Source of the DNA: Lama guanicoe
Lineage: Eukaryota
Length of the DNA: 64,000 nucleotides
Direction of reading: 5' to 3'
Assembly (NCBI GenBank): GCA_013239625.1
Contig: MU054204.1
Span: forward strand, 743,537 to 807,536
A model generated the notes under the pieces. That model was not told the DNA's origin. It ran no database searches and saw nothing but the letters and a program-made list of their open reading frames with translations. Shown here in pieces: positions 40,907 through 54,000 of the stretch. Each line of letters starts with the position of its first letter. The stretch's first letter is position 1. The translations under genes and the position numbers were made by a program.

Positions 40907-40965
40907 AGGAAGGAAGGAAGGAAGGAAGGAAGGAAGGAAGGAAGGAAGGAAGGAAGGAAGGAAAG
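40907..40965 (+). repeat. (GGAA)n microsatellite
   Basis: More than 12 tandem GGAA units, seen directly. Confidence 0.95.
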
Positions 40966-42124
40966 AAAGGAGGAGAAAAAGAAAGAAAGAAAAAAGGGCT
41001 TCCAAGCACCATTAAGAAAGTGTGGCACAGAGAAAAGTCTGAGGGTGGCTTTTGGGTTTTGTTAAAACTCCCAAAAGATCAAAGGATCTGAGTGGTATTC
41101 AGTCACACAATGGGCCTTTTCAAGAGATGAAGGTTACGCCTCATGGAACCTCTCAAACAGTAGGGCCTCTAGGAAGCTTAAGAACTGTGTACCTAGCCAC
41201 CTCAGGAATCCAAAGTAGAGAAGAGCTTATCTCAAACAGATCTATCAATATGTATTTTTTTTCCTAATGGGACAAACCCCAGTTAAGTCCTCTGAAGATT
41301 CATAAAGTTTTTGAGAAAGTTACATCAGCAGAAACACTGTTAACCTGGACTGAGACAGAAGATACAAAATTAAAGAAAGCTGTTGGACTGGGACAATTCT
41401 ATTGGCAGGAAGTAGGCTGATAAAACTACTCAGTTACAAACATGTGCTACCTTTCATGAAAAAGAAAGGGTAATTCAGAGCGCAGAACCAAGTGATCAGA
41501 GAAGCCTTAAGAACTAATCAAGGAATTTTTAACATTTACCCAGCTGGATTTCAGAATTGCCATGGACTCTTTGATGTCTCCCAAGACCCCCCTCCCCCAT
41601 TTTCAAATGGAAATGTCTATAGTGGTTATGACTTCTCATGACTTTATGTTGGTTGTATAAGGGGTAGATTACTTGTCTAGTTTTATAGATCATTGTATTG
41701 AAAGGAATTATACTTAAAGGATCACATCTACACCTGGACCTGATTTAAATCATGAGATACTGGACTTTTAGCAGATACTATAATGGGATGAGACTGGGGA
41801 ATGTTGGGAGGGAGTGAATGTATTTTGAATGTGGGAAGGATGCAAATCATTGGAAGTCAAGAGACAGACTGTGGCAGAAAGACTGTAACATGGCCCCAAG
41901 GACCCCCACCTCCTAGAATTCATGCTCTTGTATAATTGCCATCCCTTTAAGTGTGGGCAGGACCTGTGACTTTCTTTCAACCAACAGAATATGGCAATAG
42001 CAGCAGGATATTATGTCTATGATTATGTTGCATAATCTTGTAAGGAGCCTCCTGCTAGGAGACTCTCTTCCTTGCTGGCTTTGATGAAGCAAATGGTCAT
42101 TTTGGAGAAGCCCACAATGGCACA

Positions 42125-42575
42125 TGTAATTGTTAGTTTTATGTGTTAACTTGGCCAGGCCATGGTGCACAAAAAGCTGGTCAAGCTTTACTCTCGATGT
42201 TTCTGTGAGGGTGTTTTTGGATGGGATTAACATTAAAACTGATGGACTTGAGTAAGGCAGATCACCGTCCATAATGTGGGTGGGCCTCATCCAGTCAGCT
42301 GAAGGCCTGAATAGACCAAAAGACTGACCTCCCCTGAGGTCAGCAGATGGCCCTCAGACTTAAACTGCAACATGGGCTTTTCCCTGGGTCTCCAGCTTGC
42401 TGGCCCACCCTGCAGACTTTGGATTTGCCACATCCATCATCATGTGAGCCAATTCCTCATTATCTCTCTCTCTCTTTCTCTCCCTCCCTCGCTCCTTCTC
42501 CCCATATCTGTACACATACGCACACACACACACATTCTATTGGTTCTGCTTCTCTGGGGAAGCCTAACTAACACA
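42125..42575 (+). mobile_element. ERVL solo LTR (MLT2-like)
   Basis: tgtaattgttagttttatgtgttaacttgg...ctattggttctgcttctctg...aactaacaca; TSD gcaca / gcaaa. Confidence 0.85.
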
Positions 42576-43029
42576 GCAAAGAAACCAGAGTGGCCTCTGG
42601 CTGACATTAAGCTAGAAACTAAGGCTTTCAGTGTGGCAGCCCACAAGGAATTGAATGCTGTTAACAATCATGTGAGCTTAGACATGGATTCTTCCCCAGT
42701 CGAGCCTCAGATGAGAGCTCAGCCCTGGCCAATACCTTGATTGCAGACTTGCAAACAACCCAGCTAAGCTTTCCCAAAATTCTTGATGCACAGAAACTAT
42801 GAGATAATAAATGTTTGTTGTTTTAAGCAGCTAAGTTTGTGGTAATAGTGTTACACAGCAATAGATAGATAACTAATACCAGAAGGTATGGAAACTTGAA
42901 GATTCCAATCTATTTCATTGACCTTTATTTTTGCTTTCAAGATCTCACCTAGCTTTCAGCAAGTCAGCCCTTTTGTAATGCTTCCTTAGCAGACATAGCC
43001 CATGGAAATATTGAAGCATCATGATATTG

Positions 43030-44680
43030 TAGAAAGAGGCTCAGGAGTCATACAGACCTGGATTTGAATTCCACCTCCACCACTTCCTATCTATATAAGC
43101 CAGGACAAGTCACTTCACTCTCCCACCAGCAGAAGCATCCCTTTCCTCATCTGACATCAAAGGGTTTAATAACAGTATCTGTTTCCCAAGGTTGTTGGGG
43201 AGATTAAACAAAATAATAGATATAAAGCATGGAATTTAGTGCTTGAAACGAACCAAGCACTCAATATATGGAACATTTTTAGATGCTCATTTGCAGAGTG
43301 TTCTCAAGTCTGCAAACCCCCAAGGATGAACATTGTTGCCTATACCTGCCCCCCAGATCCAGGGCCACTTGGTCATCTTGTAATGGCATGATGTCACCAT
43401 TCTCTCTAGATGGAGACAGCTTGGAACTGCCAGGCCTAATAAATATTTGCTGGAAGACTATATGGGAAAAAAGCAAAAACCTATACTAGACTGTAAGCCC
43501 TGTGAAGACAAGGATCACGTCCGTGTTGTTCACTACTGTCTCCCCAGCACTCAGCACAGTTCTGGGGACAGAATAGATGTTCAATGAGTAGTTGCTGAAT
43601 GAATGAATGAATGAATGAATGAATGAGTGAATGACTAACTCATATATGGGGCATAAAGGGAAGTTTCTAATATGTGTCTCCTCCACCTGAACGGCTCCAT
43701 AGAGATCCCGCATAGAAGCCATCCAGGGGCTCCCTTTAGGCCAAATTATTTCTACTGCTCTCCTGGGGAATGGTTAATTTCCCCCAAAGGGAGGCAAACA
43801 GCTGTGAGCAGAAGGGCCCTGGTTATTGAATTAGTACAAAATAGAAGTAGAATGCCATGTTTTGGCATTTACTGATTACCAGGCACTGCTGAGCTTTTTA
43901 CACACATTATCTATCTCATGTACTTCTTCCTACAACTCTCTGGGTTAGGTATTAATATTATCTCCATTTGGCAGAAGAGATTATTACTGAGGTACAGAGA
44001 CGTTAGGTGCCTTGCCCAGGATCACATTGCTAGTAAGTGACAGAGCTGAGATATGAACTTAGACCTGTCAGACTCCAAAGCCCATGCTCTTTCTACTACA
44101 GCAGTACTGAGATCTGGCAGTAGTTAGACTTTCGGGAAGACAACGGGCAGGGACCCTATCTTATTTACCTTTGTGCCTCAAGTTCTAGCACAGTGGCTGT
44201 CAAGTAGCAGAGATTCAACAAATGCTTAATAAGTGAATCTTAATAAGATTAATAAGTGAAGAACTCATCCCACTTTTTCAATAAATATGAGTGCCTACAG
44301 TGTGTCAGGTACACCTGGGTAGAAGCTGGGGTACACAATGGGTACAATGGTGTACAACTTACATTCCAATTGAGGGAAATAGACTATAAACACATAAAAT
44401 AGAAAACACCAGCTGATGATGACTACACTGAAGGAAAAAAGAGCATGAAGCAATTAAGAATTGCTGGGAGATCAGGGGAGTCTTCCATAAGAGAGGACAT
44501 TTAAACTGAATAATGAGAAGGTGCTAATCATGTAAAAGTTTAAGGGAGGTACATTTAAGGAACCTGAAACAGCTAGTACAAAGATCCTGGGGCAGGAATA
44601 AACTGGATGTGTGAGGAATTGAAAAAAATAAAAAGATAGTGTGCTAGGAGCAAGTGAAAGAGAGGATGAGTGCTAAGAGA
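43030..44680. mobile_element. MIR and L2 fragments (MIR ~43030-43270 and ~43860-44100; L2 3' end ~43485-43630 with (TGAA)n; L2 - from ~44260)
   Basis: MIR core motifs and the L2 terminal gaatgaatgaa repeats. Confidence 0.7.
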
Positions 44681-44685
44681 TGAGA

Positions 44686-45258
44686 TGTAGATGGTTGGGG
44701 CTGCCAGAACAAGTACCACAAATCAGGTGGTTTAAACAATAGCAACATTTATGGTCTCGGTTCTAGAGGCTAGAAGTCCGAGATTAAGGTGTTGGCAGGG
44801 TTGGTTCCTGAGAGAGAATCTGTTTGTGCCTCTCTTCTATGTTCTGGTGATTGGCTGGCTGTCTTTGATGTTCCTCGGCTTGTAGAAGCATCACCCCAAC
44901 CTCCACCTTTATCTTTACCTGGTATTCTGTGTGTGTGTGTGTTTTACAAATTTCTCCTTCTTAGAAGGACACCAGTCATACTGTAGTAGGGAGGGCCCTA
45001 CTGCAGTATGATCTCATCCTAATTTACTCACATCTGCAAGGATTCTATTTCCAAATAAGGTCACATTCTGAGGTACTAGGGGTTAGGACTCTAACATATG
45101 ACTTTTTAAAAATTTTTTTGGGTGGAGGTAATTAGGTTTATTTATTTATTTTAATGGAGGTACTGGGGATTGAACCCAAGACCTCATGCATGCTAAGCGC
45201 ACACTCTGCCAATGAGCTAGTATATGAATCTTAGGTGGACACTATTCAACACCTAACA
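44686..45258 (-). mobile_element. MLT1 solo LTR containing a Vic-1-type SINE (45103-45219, -)
   Basis: tttccaaataaggtcacattctgaggtactagg; TSD tgaga / tgaca; SINE TSD atatga. Confidence 0.85.
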
Positions 45259-45810
45259 TGACATTAGCAAGATAGGCCAGATGAAGGTCAAGGAAGGCCT
45301 CAGAGGCCAGGGTAAGGGCTTTGGATTTGCTCTGGATGTATGTAATAGGAAGTCACCAAAGGGTTTCAAATCAGGCAACTGACATGATCTGATTTATGTT
45401 TTAAAAAGCTCATTCTGTCTGCTGTGTTAGAATATGAAAGGAAAGAGCCGCCATGCCTGCATGAGTCATACGGCTCCCCTGCTAGGGATGGGAATTCTCA
45501 TCATCACATCATTTACTGGACCTGAGGTTTTAGTTTTCTTTCTTTATCCTTAGATTGCAGGAAAAACAAATTTAGCTTCCAATGCAGAAGATGAACCCAC
45601 CTTTATAACCACATATAAAAAGACTGTTTTCTTTCCTGGATTTTTAACTTTTTTAATTATAAAAGGGATATAAGCTCCTGGTAAAAACTTCCAATAATAC
45701 CAAAGGAACTCAATTAGTAAATACAGGCCCCCAGACACTGCTCCCCAAACCCAGTCCATCCCCACTTCTCACTTCCCTACACATCCACGTTTTTGGAGAA
45801 ACCTCTTTGG

Positions 45811-46168
45811 TACGTACTTAGCATGCAGGAGGTACTGGGTTCAGTCCCTGGTACCTCCATTAAAAATAAATACATAAATATGTATGTATATGCATGACTG
45901 GAACATTATGCTGTACACCAGAAATTGACATGTTATGGCTGACTACAGTTCAATTTTTAAAAATAAATAAATAATAAATACATAAATAAAGAATCTGAAA
46001 AGAAAATATATGTATGTATATGTATAACTGAATCACTTTGCTGTACACCTGAAACTAACATTGTAAATCGACTACACTTCAATAAAAAAATCTAAAAAAT
46101 AAAATACATACATACATACATAACCTGATTACCTCCACCACCCAAAAATAAAATAAAATAAAATAAAC
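45811..46168 (+). mobile_element. 5'-truncated Vic-1-type SINE carrying two short L1 3' ends
   Basis: Perfect TSD aaacctctttgg (45799-45810 / 46169-46180); L1 tails at ~45881-45970 and ~45991-46100. Confidence 0.88.
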
Positions 46169-47864
46169 AAACCTCTTTGGAGATCCCCTTCCTAAGATTG
46201 CTTCTGATCATCTCTACATGCCTCTCTACAGATTCTTACCGCAGTAAATTTTTAACACCCGGGAAACTGTCCAACCAACCAGGCAGCCTCCTGTTATTCT
46301 CTTCCCATAAATTGGCCTAGAAACAGCAGCACTGAGCCACAAGATTAGTAGTAGAAAGATCATTGGACTTGGGGCCCAAACATTGAGTTCCGCTTCTGTT
46401 ACACTTCCTGCCTTTGAAATACTGAGCAAATCACAAACGTTTGCCTTGGTATCCTCGCATTTTGCCTATTTCACAGGATTGTGAAGTTCAAGGGTATTTG
46501 TGTCGTAAGCTATTCCTAGGATATTGCTGCTAGTGTAGTCAGCCCTCCTCTCTACTCCCCGCCATACATGCAGACATATCTGTTGGTATTCATCCATATA
46601 CAAGAGGGGTTTTTGTTTTGTAAGTGGAACTAGAAAGAGAAGTTATGCTAGGGGACAGGCAAGAAAGGGTCGGCTTTCTCAAGCTGGGTGATATCTGGAA
46701 TAAGGAAGATCTCCAAGTGACTTTGCAGGCTTCAGATGCAGCCAAGTGAGAGCTGGAGACAGGGGGAACAAAGTGGGGGGGCATCCCTCTTGACAACCAA
46801 AGCTAACAGATTGGTTTGAGTGGACCTAGGATGCGCTGATTCCAGAACCTCTGAAGCAGAAAGAATTGGGAAACATTTTGGTTGGGGAGGAGGTGCCAAG
46901 ATTCTGCTAATACCCAGGAGAGGCTGCTAAGCCCATAGATACTGGACTTGGGGGGAAAAATTGCTTTGTCACTAGAATAGACTGCTGGTTGACGTCACTC
47001 CAAATTGACTGTGCTTTGCATTGTCATCTAGGGACTGGGTCTGTTCTTTTCCTTTCACTGAATTTCCAGTGCCTAGTAGTGCTTAATAACTATTGGCTGA
47101 GTGAATTGACTATTCTCATGCCTTACTTCCTTTAGCCCTCAGGACCAAATGAGTCACAGTGATGTTTGTATAGCCAACTTGTAAAACCCACTTTTCTTAC
47201 CTAGTTTCACGCACTTCAACAGTCCAGCGAGGCTGGTTTTATCATCATTACTCCTTTACAGATGACGTTACTGAGGTTCAGAGACGTCAAACCATGCGGT
47301 AAGTAGCAGAGCCTGACATAAAGATGCCCTTCATCACTTACAAATGGTTGGATGAGATGGTATCAGGTTGCGACTTGTGGTATAAAATATAAGAACCGCT
47401 TGGGGCTGGGTAAATATGGTGTCCCTGGCAGGTGGTATACATCTAGGGAAGAGATACATCTTCATGCAGGAAACAGGAACAAAGATGGCAAGCTTTCCAC
47501 AGTCAGTTCTTCTACCAATACTGTATTTTCAGAGTCCTGCTCTGTGCTGGATGCTGTGTCTGGTACTTGGGATCCAAGAGTGAACAAGAAGTGGGACAAT
47601 GAGTCCTCCCAGGCGATACTAAGTTTGTGTCCACCACATGGAAGTCTGATAAAGCTTCAGGGCAGGGTCAAGTCTGTAATATCTCTGTATGGTTTTCCAA
47701 ATACCAGTCCAAGACCTGGCACCAAACCTCCAGGAATCTACATTTTAATACTCATTTCAGATGATTCTGAGGCCCAGTTAGAGTCAGCCAGCTGAGCTCA
47801 TGGCTCATCAGATGGCATCCTTTTATTTTCCCCAAACTTTTAGATTAAAACTTCTACCTCCACA

Positions 47865-47997
47865 GGGAGGGCATAGCTCAGTGTTAGAGTGCATGCCTAG
47901 CATGCATGAGGTCCTGGGTTCAATCCCCAGTAGCTCCATTAAAAATAAATAAACCTAATTACCTCCCCCACCCACCAAAACAAACAAGCAAAAACAA
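47865..47997 (+). mobile_element. Vic-1-type SINE
   Basis: Head, cctaattacc linker and A-rich tail. Confidence 0.9.
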
Positions 47998-48213
47998 AGT
48001 TCTATCCTTATCTCAGCTATGCTATAGAGGCACACTCAGACTAGAATATTAAAAAAGAATGGTCTACACTACACCCCAAGGCCTGTGAGGTAACCAGAAA
48101 GATGGACTCCCGAGTAAGGAGAATCTTGTGGAACACACAGCCATACTGTGAGGTCCAGAAGCCACTTTTCAAGAGGAGAGTTTTCCTCCAAAGCCAATCT
48201 TCGAGATCCTGAG

Positions 48214-48402
48214 TTTTTTTTTTCAATTATTCTTTTTTGAGCATTTTAAAAATAATTTCACATTTTTTAAAAATGTGTTTTATTTTATTTGGGGGGGTAA
48301 TTGGGGTTTTATTTATCTATTTTTAATGGAGGTACTGGGGATTGAACCCAGGATCTTGTGCATGCTAAGCACATGCTCTATCACTGAGCTATACCCTCCC
48401 CC
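48214..48402 (-). mobile_element. Vic-1-type SINE
   Basis: Full head on the minus strand; TSD cctga(g/a)tttt. Confidence 0.9.
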
Positions 48403-48928
48403 CTGAATTTTGTTTGATGGAGAAAGGTAGCAATTCCTTTACAGGAAGCCTCAAGTCCAGGTCCCCTGGCTCCAAATTTTATGCTTTTCCCATTCTATCT
48501 GCCTTCTATTCTATCTGCAGTCCTGTGAATCGAGATCCTAAAATGTCTATTTAGAGATACTCACTGTGGGCATTGTAACGACATGGAACTTCCTCAACCC
48601 AATGACTTGAGGAGGACTAAGGGAACCCAAAGGCTAAATGTGTCTTTCTCTTACCCTGACTGCTGCTCTTTGCACAGAGTTCTATTATTATTTTAAGACT
48701 AAGATTTTTTTAGATTTTTTTTTTACTTGTGGTTGCTTGAACACCTCTCTTACCCCATGTCCCAGTAGCAGTTAAGATGAAGTGTGCCTATTATAAAGGA
48801 GAGAGGAGAGGCCAGGAGCGGGGCCTTGGGAGCCCAAGGGAAGGGCGGAACCTGAGATGCTAGGGCAGGAGCTTGGGGGTCCTGGAACTAGAGTTCAAAG
48901 GACAGGAGGTGGAGACCCCTGAGGAAGA

Positions 48929-49397
48929 GAGTGACCACATTTCTTGGTTTGCTGGTGTTACAGACTGGATGTTTTGTGTCACCTCCCAAATTCATACATT
49001 GAAACCCTAACTCCCAATGTACTCGGGGAGGTGATGGAGTCAGAAAGGCGGAGCCTGAACAGGAATGGGATTAGTGCCTTATAAAAGACATCCCAGAGAG
49101 CACTCTCTCTTTTCGCCATGAGAGGACACAACTCTGCAGTCTGCATCCTGGGAGAGGACCCTCACCAGAACCCATCCACGCTGGCACCCTGATCTCAGAC
49201 TTCCAGTCTCCAGAACTGTATGAAATAAATTTCTTGTGTTTCTAAGCCACTCAGTCTATGGTAATTTGTGATAGCAGCCCAAGCTAAGACACAGAGGATC
49301 ATCCCAGTTTGTGCCTTTTGTCTCTGGGTAATTATTACCACCACCATCCCGCTGTCAAAAGCGTCTTAGTCACACAATTAACTATATGGCCATCCTA
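48929..49397. mobile_element. hAT-Blackjack MITE (MER81/MER94-like) split by an MLT1A-like LTR (48956-49291, +)
   Basis: TIR-like ends gagtgaccacat / atatggccatccta. LTR tgttacagactg...aataaatttcttgtgtttctaagcc...gctaagaca. Confidence 0.72.
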
Positions 49398-50658
49398 ATG
49401 AAGGAGCACCTGGAGTCCTTCTTTCCTCTTTGTTTTATCTGGGACATCACTTCCAAAAAGAAACTATAACTTTCAGACACCAGGACGATAAACTCCTTAA
49501 AGGCAGGGACTGCCATGCGATTTTTATTTTTAATAAGAAAAGCATAGTTTATTATATGCATTAAAAAGAGAATATCTGATAAATGAAGAAATACCTTGGG
49601 ATTGAATTTTGTATTCCCAGCATCCAGCTGTATGTATGAATGAATGCTTCTTGCCCTGCCGACCCTCAGACAGTTCTTTTCTGACCAAACCAGAGCTACG
49701 TCAGTATTTTAATGATTGCACTGACATCTGGTGGTCATTTCCAGGTTTTCCTCTGGGCAGCTCCTATACTAGATGACGGATTAATCTACCTCGTACTCCA
49801 TCAAAGCCACTTTTATCTCAGCCCTACAGCAGGGAGACATGACACTCGAATGCACAGCACATTGTTGATAGCTGGTAACAGCTGGATGTACTGTTTTTTT
49901 TTCTTGAAAGGTATTTAGATTAGAGGCAGGGATGGCAAGAGCATGGAAGGGGTCTAGTGAAATAACTAACATCAAAAACGGAAATCTCCTGGTGGAATTT
50001 CAGGCTTATGAGGGAGTTAGTTTTACCTAGAGGTGTCTCTCCTGAAATGATACCAAGTAAGGCCAAAGGCATTTAATTTCTTAGAAGCAACAAGGTATCA
50101 AATCAACACAAGTGCAGATGGAATTGAATGTCAACTGGAGAAATTCTTAAATGAAAACTTGGACACATGGTACACCTGGTAAACTGCCTTCTTAGTCGTC
50201 TGGATAACAGAGAGGAGGAGGAGGAATCAGATTCATGAAAAACAGAGAAAGCAGGACAACCATACTTCAAAGTAGAGTTTTCCTTTTTTTTTTTTTCTGG
50301 GCTCCAGAGAGGTGTGAAAAGGAAATGTTTGCATACTCAACCACCTCCCTGAAAAGCCCCACTCCTCAGTCACTTCAAAGGGTTTCCCACAGAAGACATT
50401 TTAATCCTAACACACCATGAGGAGGGCACCCCCAACCCTACTATTCACTGGTGGAACTTTTCAATCACCCATCCAACTCCTTGTAAGAACTGACTGTTGG
50501 CAAGAGGCCTTCAAACCCCATAATCTTACATCAGTAAAAGCTCAAAAAGAGACACAAAAAAAATATACAGCTCCCAGTGAAATCTCATTTCATCAGGAGA
50601 GTATCATCAATGTGTGAGACAGGGCCACTTAAATAGCCATAAAGAATGAGGTATCTGA

Positions 50659-50788
50659 GGGGGGAGGGTATCGCTCAGGGGTAGAGCATATGCTTAGCAT
50701 GCACAAGGGCCTGGGTTCTATCCCCAGTACTTTTGTTAAAAAATAATAAAATGAAATAAATAAACCTAACTACCCACCCCCCCAAAAA
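50659..50788 (+). mobile_element. Vic-1-type SINE
   Basis: 17-bp TSD aaagaat(g/t)aggtatctg. Confidence 0.92.
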
Positions 50789-51020
50789 AAAGAATTAGGT
50801 ATCTGGAATCTCTCAGTAAAACACAAAGTGCTCCTCATTTGTCTCCTTATGGTAAAAAGTATTACTAAATCTGTAAATGTAGAAATAATTCGGCATTTAA
50901 GAAATCATTTTAAGAAGTGAGCCTCCCAGGAGGAATCTGTAATTGCCTTTTACACCCCCTCCCCCAACCCCCAACAGCCCGCTTTTATGATCAGGAATCA
51001 ACAGCTACAAAATTTAGGGT

Positions 51021-51082
51021 CATCAAAAACACACCAGACACCAAGTCGGATAAGGCTGTGCTTTATTACATGCATAATTACA
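51021..51082 (-). terminator. CLCN5: Probable distal CLCN5 poly(A) site
   Basis: The minus strand reads ttTGTAattatgcaTGTAATAAAgcacagccttatccgac-ttggtgtctggtgtgtttttgatg: UGUA elements, AATAAA (51067-51062) and a GU-rich downstream element. Confidence 0.72.
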
Positions 51083-54000
51083 AATCTGTGCTAAGTGAAA
51101 AATGTATAAAGCAATGGCAACCTGGGTTTAAGCCACACCAAGAAAAGGGCTGGATGGTCCCATCAACCCTTCTGCCAATGTCCATTCCATTGCCTTGAAC
51201 GTGATTGTTTCCGTTTCTTACCATTTGCATAGCACTTACTTGTCAAAGTACTTTCCTTTCATTGTCTCAGGTTCTCCTCACAACAACCCTGTGAGGTAGG
51301 TAGGGCAAGTAACACTATCCCCATTTTGCAGATGGGAACACTGAGGCACAGAGCGGTTAAGATCTCGAGGCTAGTTAGTAGAAGCACAGGGAATAGAAAC
51401 CAGGTCTCCTAACTCCCCAGCCCACGTCTTCCTTTTTAGATTACTTTGCTATGCTTGACCTGGGAGCAGAATGAAGTGTGCAGTGGTAGCCCCAGCTCTG
51501 GGACAGGCTGTGCCTATGAACAGGGACCAACATCTCTGAAAGTTAGAATAAAAGCTAAGAAAGCATGACTAAAAGGTTGGCAACACTCAGATAATTGCTC
51601 TGAACAACTCAGCACCAAGCTTCCCGTGGAAACTTGGACTATATTAGCTTTGGTTGATGCTAGTTTCTGGACGCCCAGCTACTGCTCATCTCTCTACATT
51701 AGCTTCAGTTGAACTTTTACGAACTCTTGGGAATGAAAACGTGGAGTCAGACAGGTTTTCTTTGGCTACTGCAGTTAGAGCTGGCCTGACACATCAGCTT
51801 ATTACAGAGATATTCATATAGTGGCCCACGGGCTGGAACCCGGCCCCTCTGATCCTCCCGGCCTCACTGACTCACCCCACAGGTGGTATTTTCCCCACAG
51901 CCAGAAATCAGTGGACAGAGGTCAGAGGGGGAGGCCGGCCTTGGTCAAATGAAGAAGGGTCACCATCATTACATCAATGTCATCCATAGGTGACATGACC
52001 AGGGTGCTGTCTATGAGGGCCAACTCCTTTCTGGCCTGTACCTGGTTAGCAGCATAGCGTCAAAAGACAGTTTAAAGGAATAAAATACGAAACACATCGT
52101 TTTTTTTAAAACCTAGAATGAAATTAATTCTTTATCAGTACATAGTCCCAAGGGACCAAATATATAATTAAAAAAGTAAATATTTATTAAAATCTGAGTA
52201 CTAAAAAGGCAGGACAGAGAGGAAGAGAGGGGAGAGAAGAAAGGATAAAGTGACATGGAGGAGGGAAAGGCGCACACTCTTGAAGGACCACATATTTGAG
52301 GTCCGCTCAAGAAGGTAATGAGGCTAAGCATTCCCACCCTGATGAAACCATCTCAGGCCACTCCCTCATCCCCATCTTGCCAGATGGCATTTCAACTCCC
52401 CAAATCCAAGACTGCCTCTGACTTTCAACAGATTTGGACTAGCAGATAAACATAAGGGTTAGCAATGAATACTTCACAGGTCTGTACTGAGATGCAGAAG
52501 CCCTGGACGCACTCAACAAATACCATTGGCTTTGGTGTGACAGTGGAGCAAAGCCCCATTGGCCCCATCAACTCAGAAATATCTTCTACTCTCTACTCTT
52601 AGAATGATGCTCTCCCTCCCCAAGGTCCACATTCAAAACAGTACACTTGTAACAACTGAGAAAATGTTGAATTTTGAGCTTGAAGAGGAGGAGAGACAGA
52701 GAGAAGAGAGGAGAGGCAGAGGTCATTTTTTAAAACCCTCATATTTTTATACCATCGCATTTTCTCCTTAAAAGAACAAACTTCAGGCAAGGCATTCATT
52801 CAAGGAGTGTGCTCACAGAGGCTGAAGACCCTTTGGTGGGAACATAGAGGTAGGAATTGATGACTGCGGGATTGGGCTAGGTGACCCAATAGATCCCATC
52901 CAAGAAACGCACACTCCGCCCATCACACTCTTTCTTTCTTTCTTGGCTGATCCGGCAAAATCAGACCACACAGTGGAAAAACCAATCTTGTTCCCTGCAT
53001 CCCCTCAAAACTTTGCCCAGAGCCAGATGTTTAGAAATGAGGCTGTGCCAGCAAACCTTTGGGGAATAATTTGAAGTTGTGAACACCTACTATTCCAAGA
53101 ATTTCTCTCCTTGGTGCCAACAACCAGAATGGAGGCAGAGTAAAGTTGAGTGGTTGCCACAGGTCTGCTACACCAATTTTGCTTCATATTCCCACAGCTC
53201 CCTGAGCGCCGGTATGAGAAACCCTCACTTTTCTCTTTCTAATATACGATAAGTATATACTAGGGAGGCTAACAGTATAGATTTTTTAAATATTTTGCTA
53301 TCAAAATTCAAGATAATCTACCTAAAGCTTATCACTTAGGCAATGGCAGTATTCGCTGCCTTCCTCCAAGAGCAGGTGTCTTGTCTTGGGTCAGCCCTCT
53401 CCATGACAGTGGACTGCGTCCAGCCAAATGCTGCTCTGAGACTCTTGGTTGCTTAGAAAGCCTGGTCTTTGGGAGACTACTAATCTTTTCTCCCCTTGAG
53501 GCACATGATCAAGCAGTTCATAAATGTCAGGATGTTTGGTTTGGTGGCCTTCCTCCTACCATCTTGCAACAACTCATATATTTTCTTACTAGGGTTTTTC
53601 CACTGCCATTAACTTTCAATTCTCTCCCCAAAGGGAATCCAGCAAATTCCAGAGGTGGTTAAAAAAAATCAAGGCTGTAGGACACTTTTCAGACCACATA
53701 TTTAGACATGTTTTTTTTTTAAGAATTCAATACTCCACCTCCTATCTGCTTTCTAAATTTCACATTTTTCTCAGAGTTTTCAAGAGCTCAATACTCTATG
53801 CACCACCATGAAAGATGCTCTCCTGGTTTCTCTGAACTGATGAGTGGCCTACATTTAGCTCTGATTCAGTAAAAGTAAACCGATTCCTCACAATACAGTG
53901 TGGTCGGTCATCAGTAAGTTATTTTGGCAATATAAGACACACTGGCCATTTCAAAATCTTAGTATTGTCTTCACTTTCATTTAGTAAAAACTCAACTTCA

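Larger units (their letters stand above)
40480..42880 (+). mobile_element. MaLR internal region plus 3' LTR (MLT1E/F-like, LTR 41870-42880), interrupted by an L1 end with (GGAA)n and by an MLT2 LTR
   Basis: aagcaaagtgttgaagg...agtaaaatgtgagagg internal motif; LTR start tgtggcaga and end aataaatgtttgttgttttaagc...aactaatac. Confidence 0.75.

Noticed and set aside
48785..48850. TATA-like and GC-box motifs as a promoter
   Set aside because: The GC boxes lie downstream of the TATA-like motif, there is no CpG island, and no downstream exon is evident.
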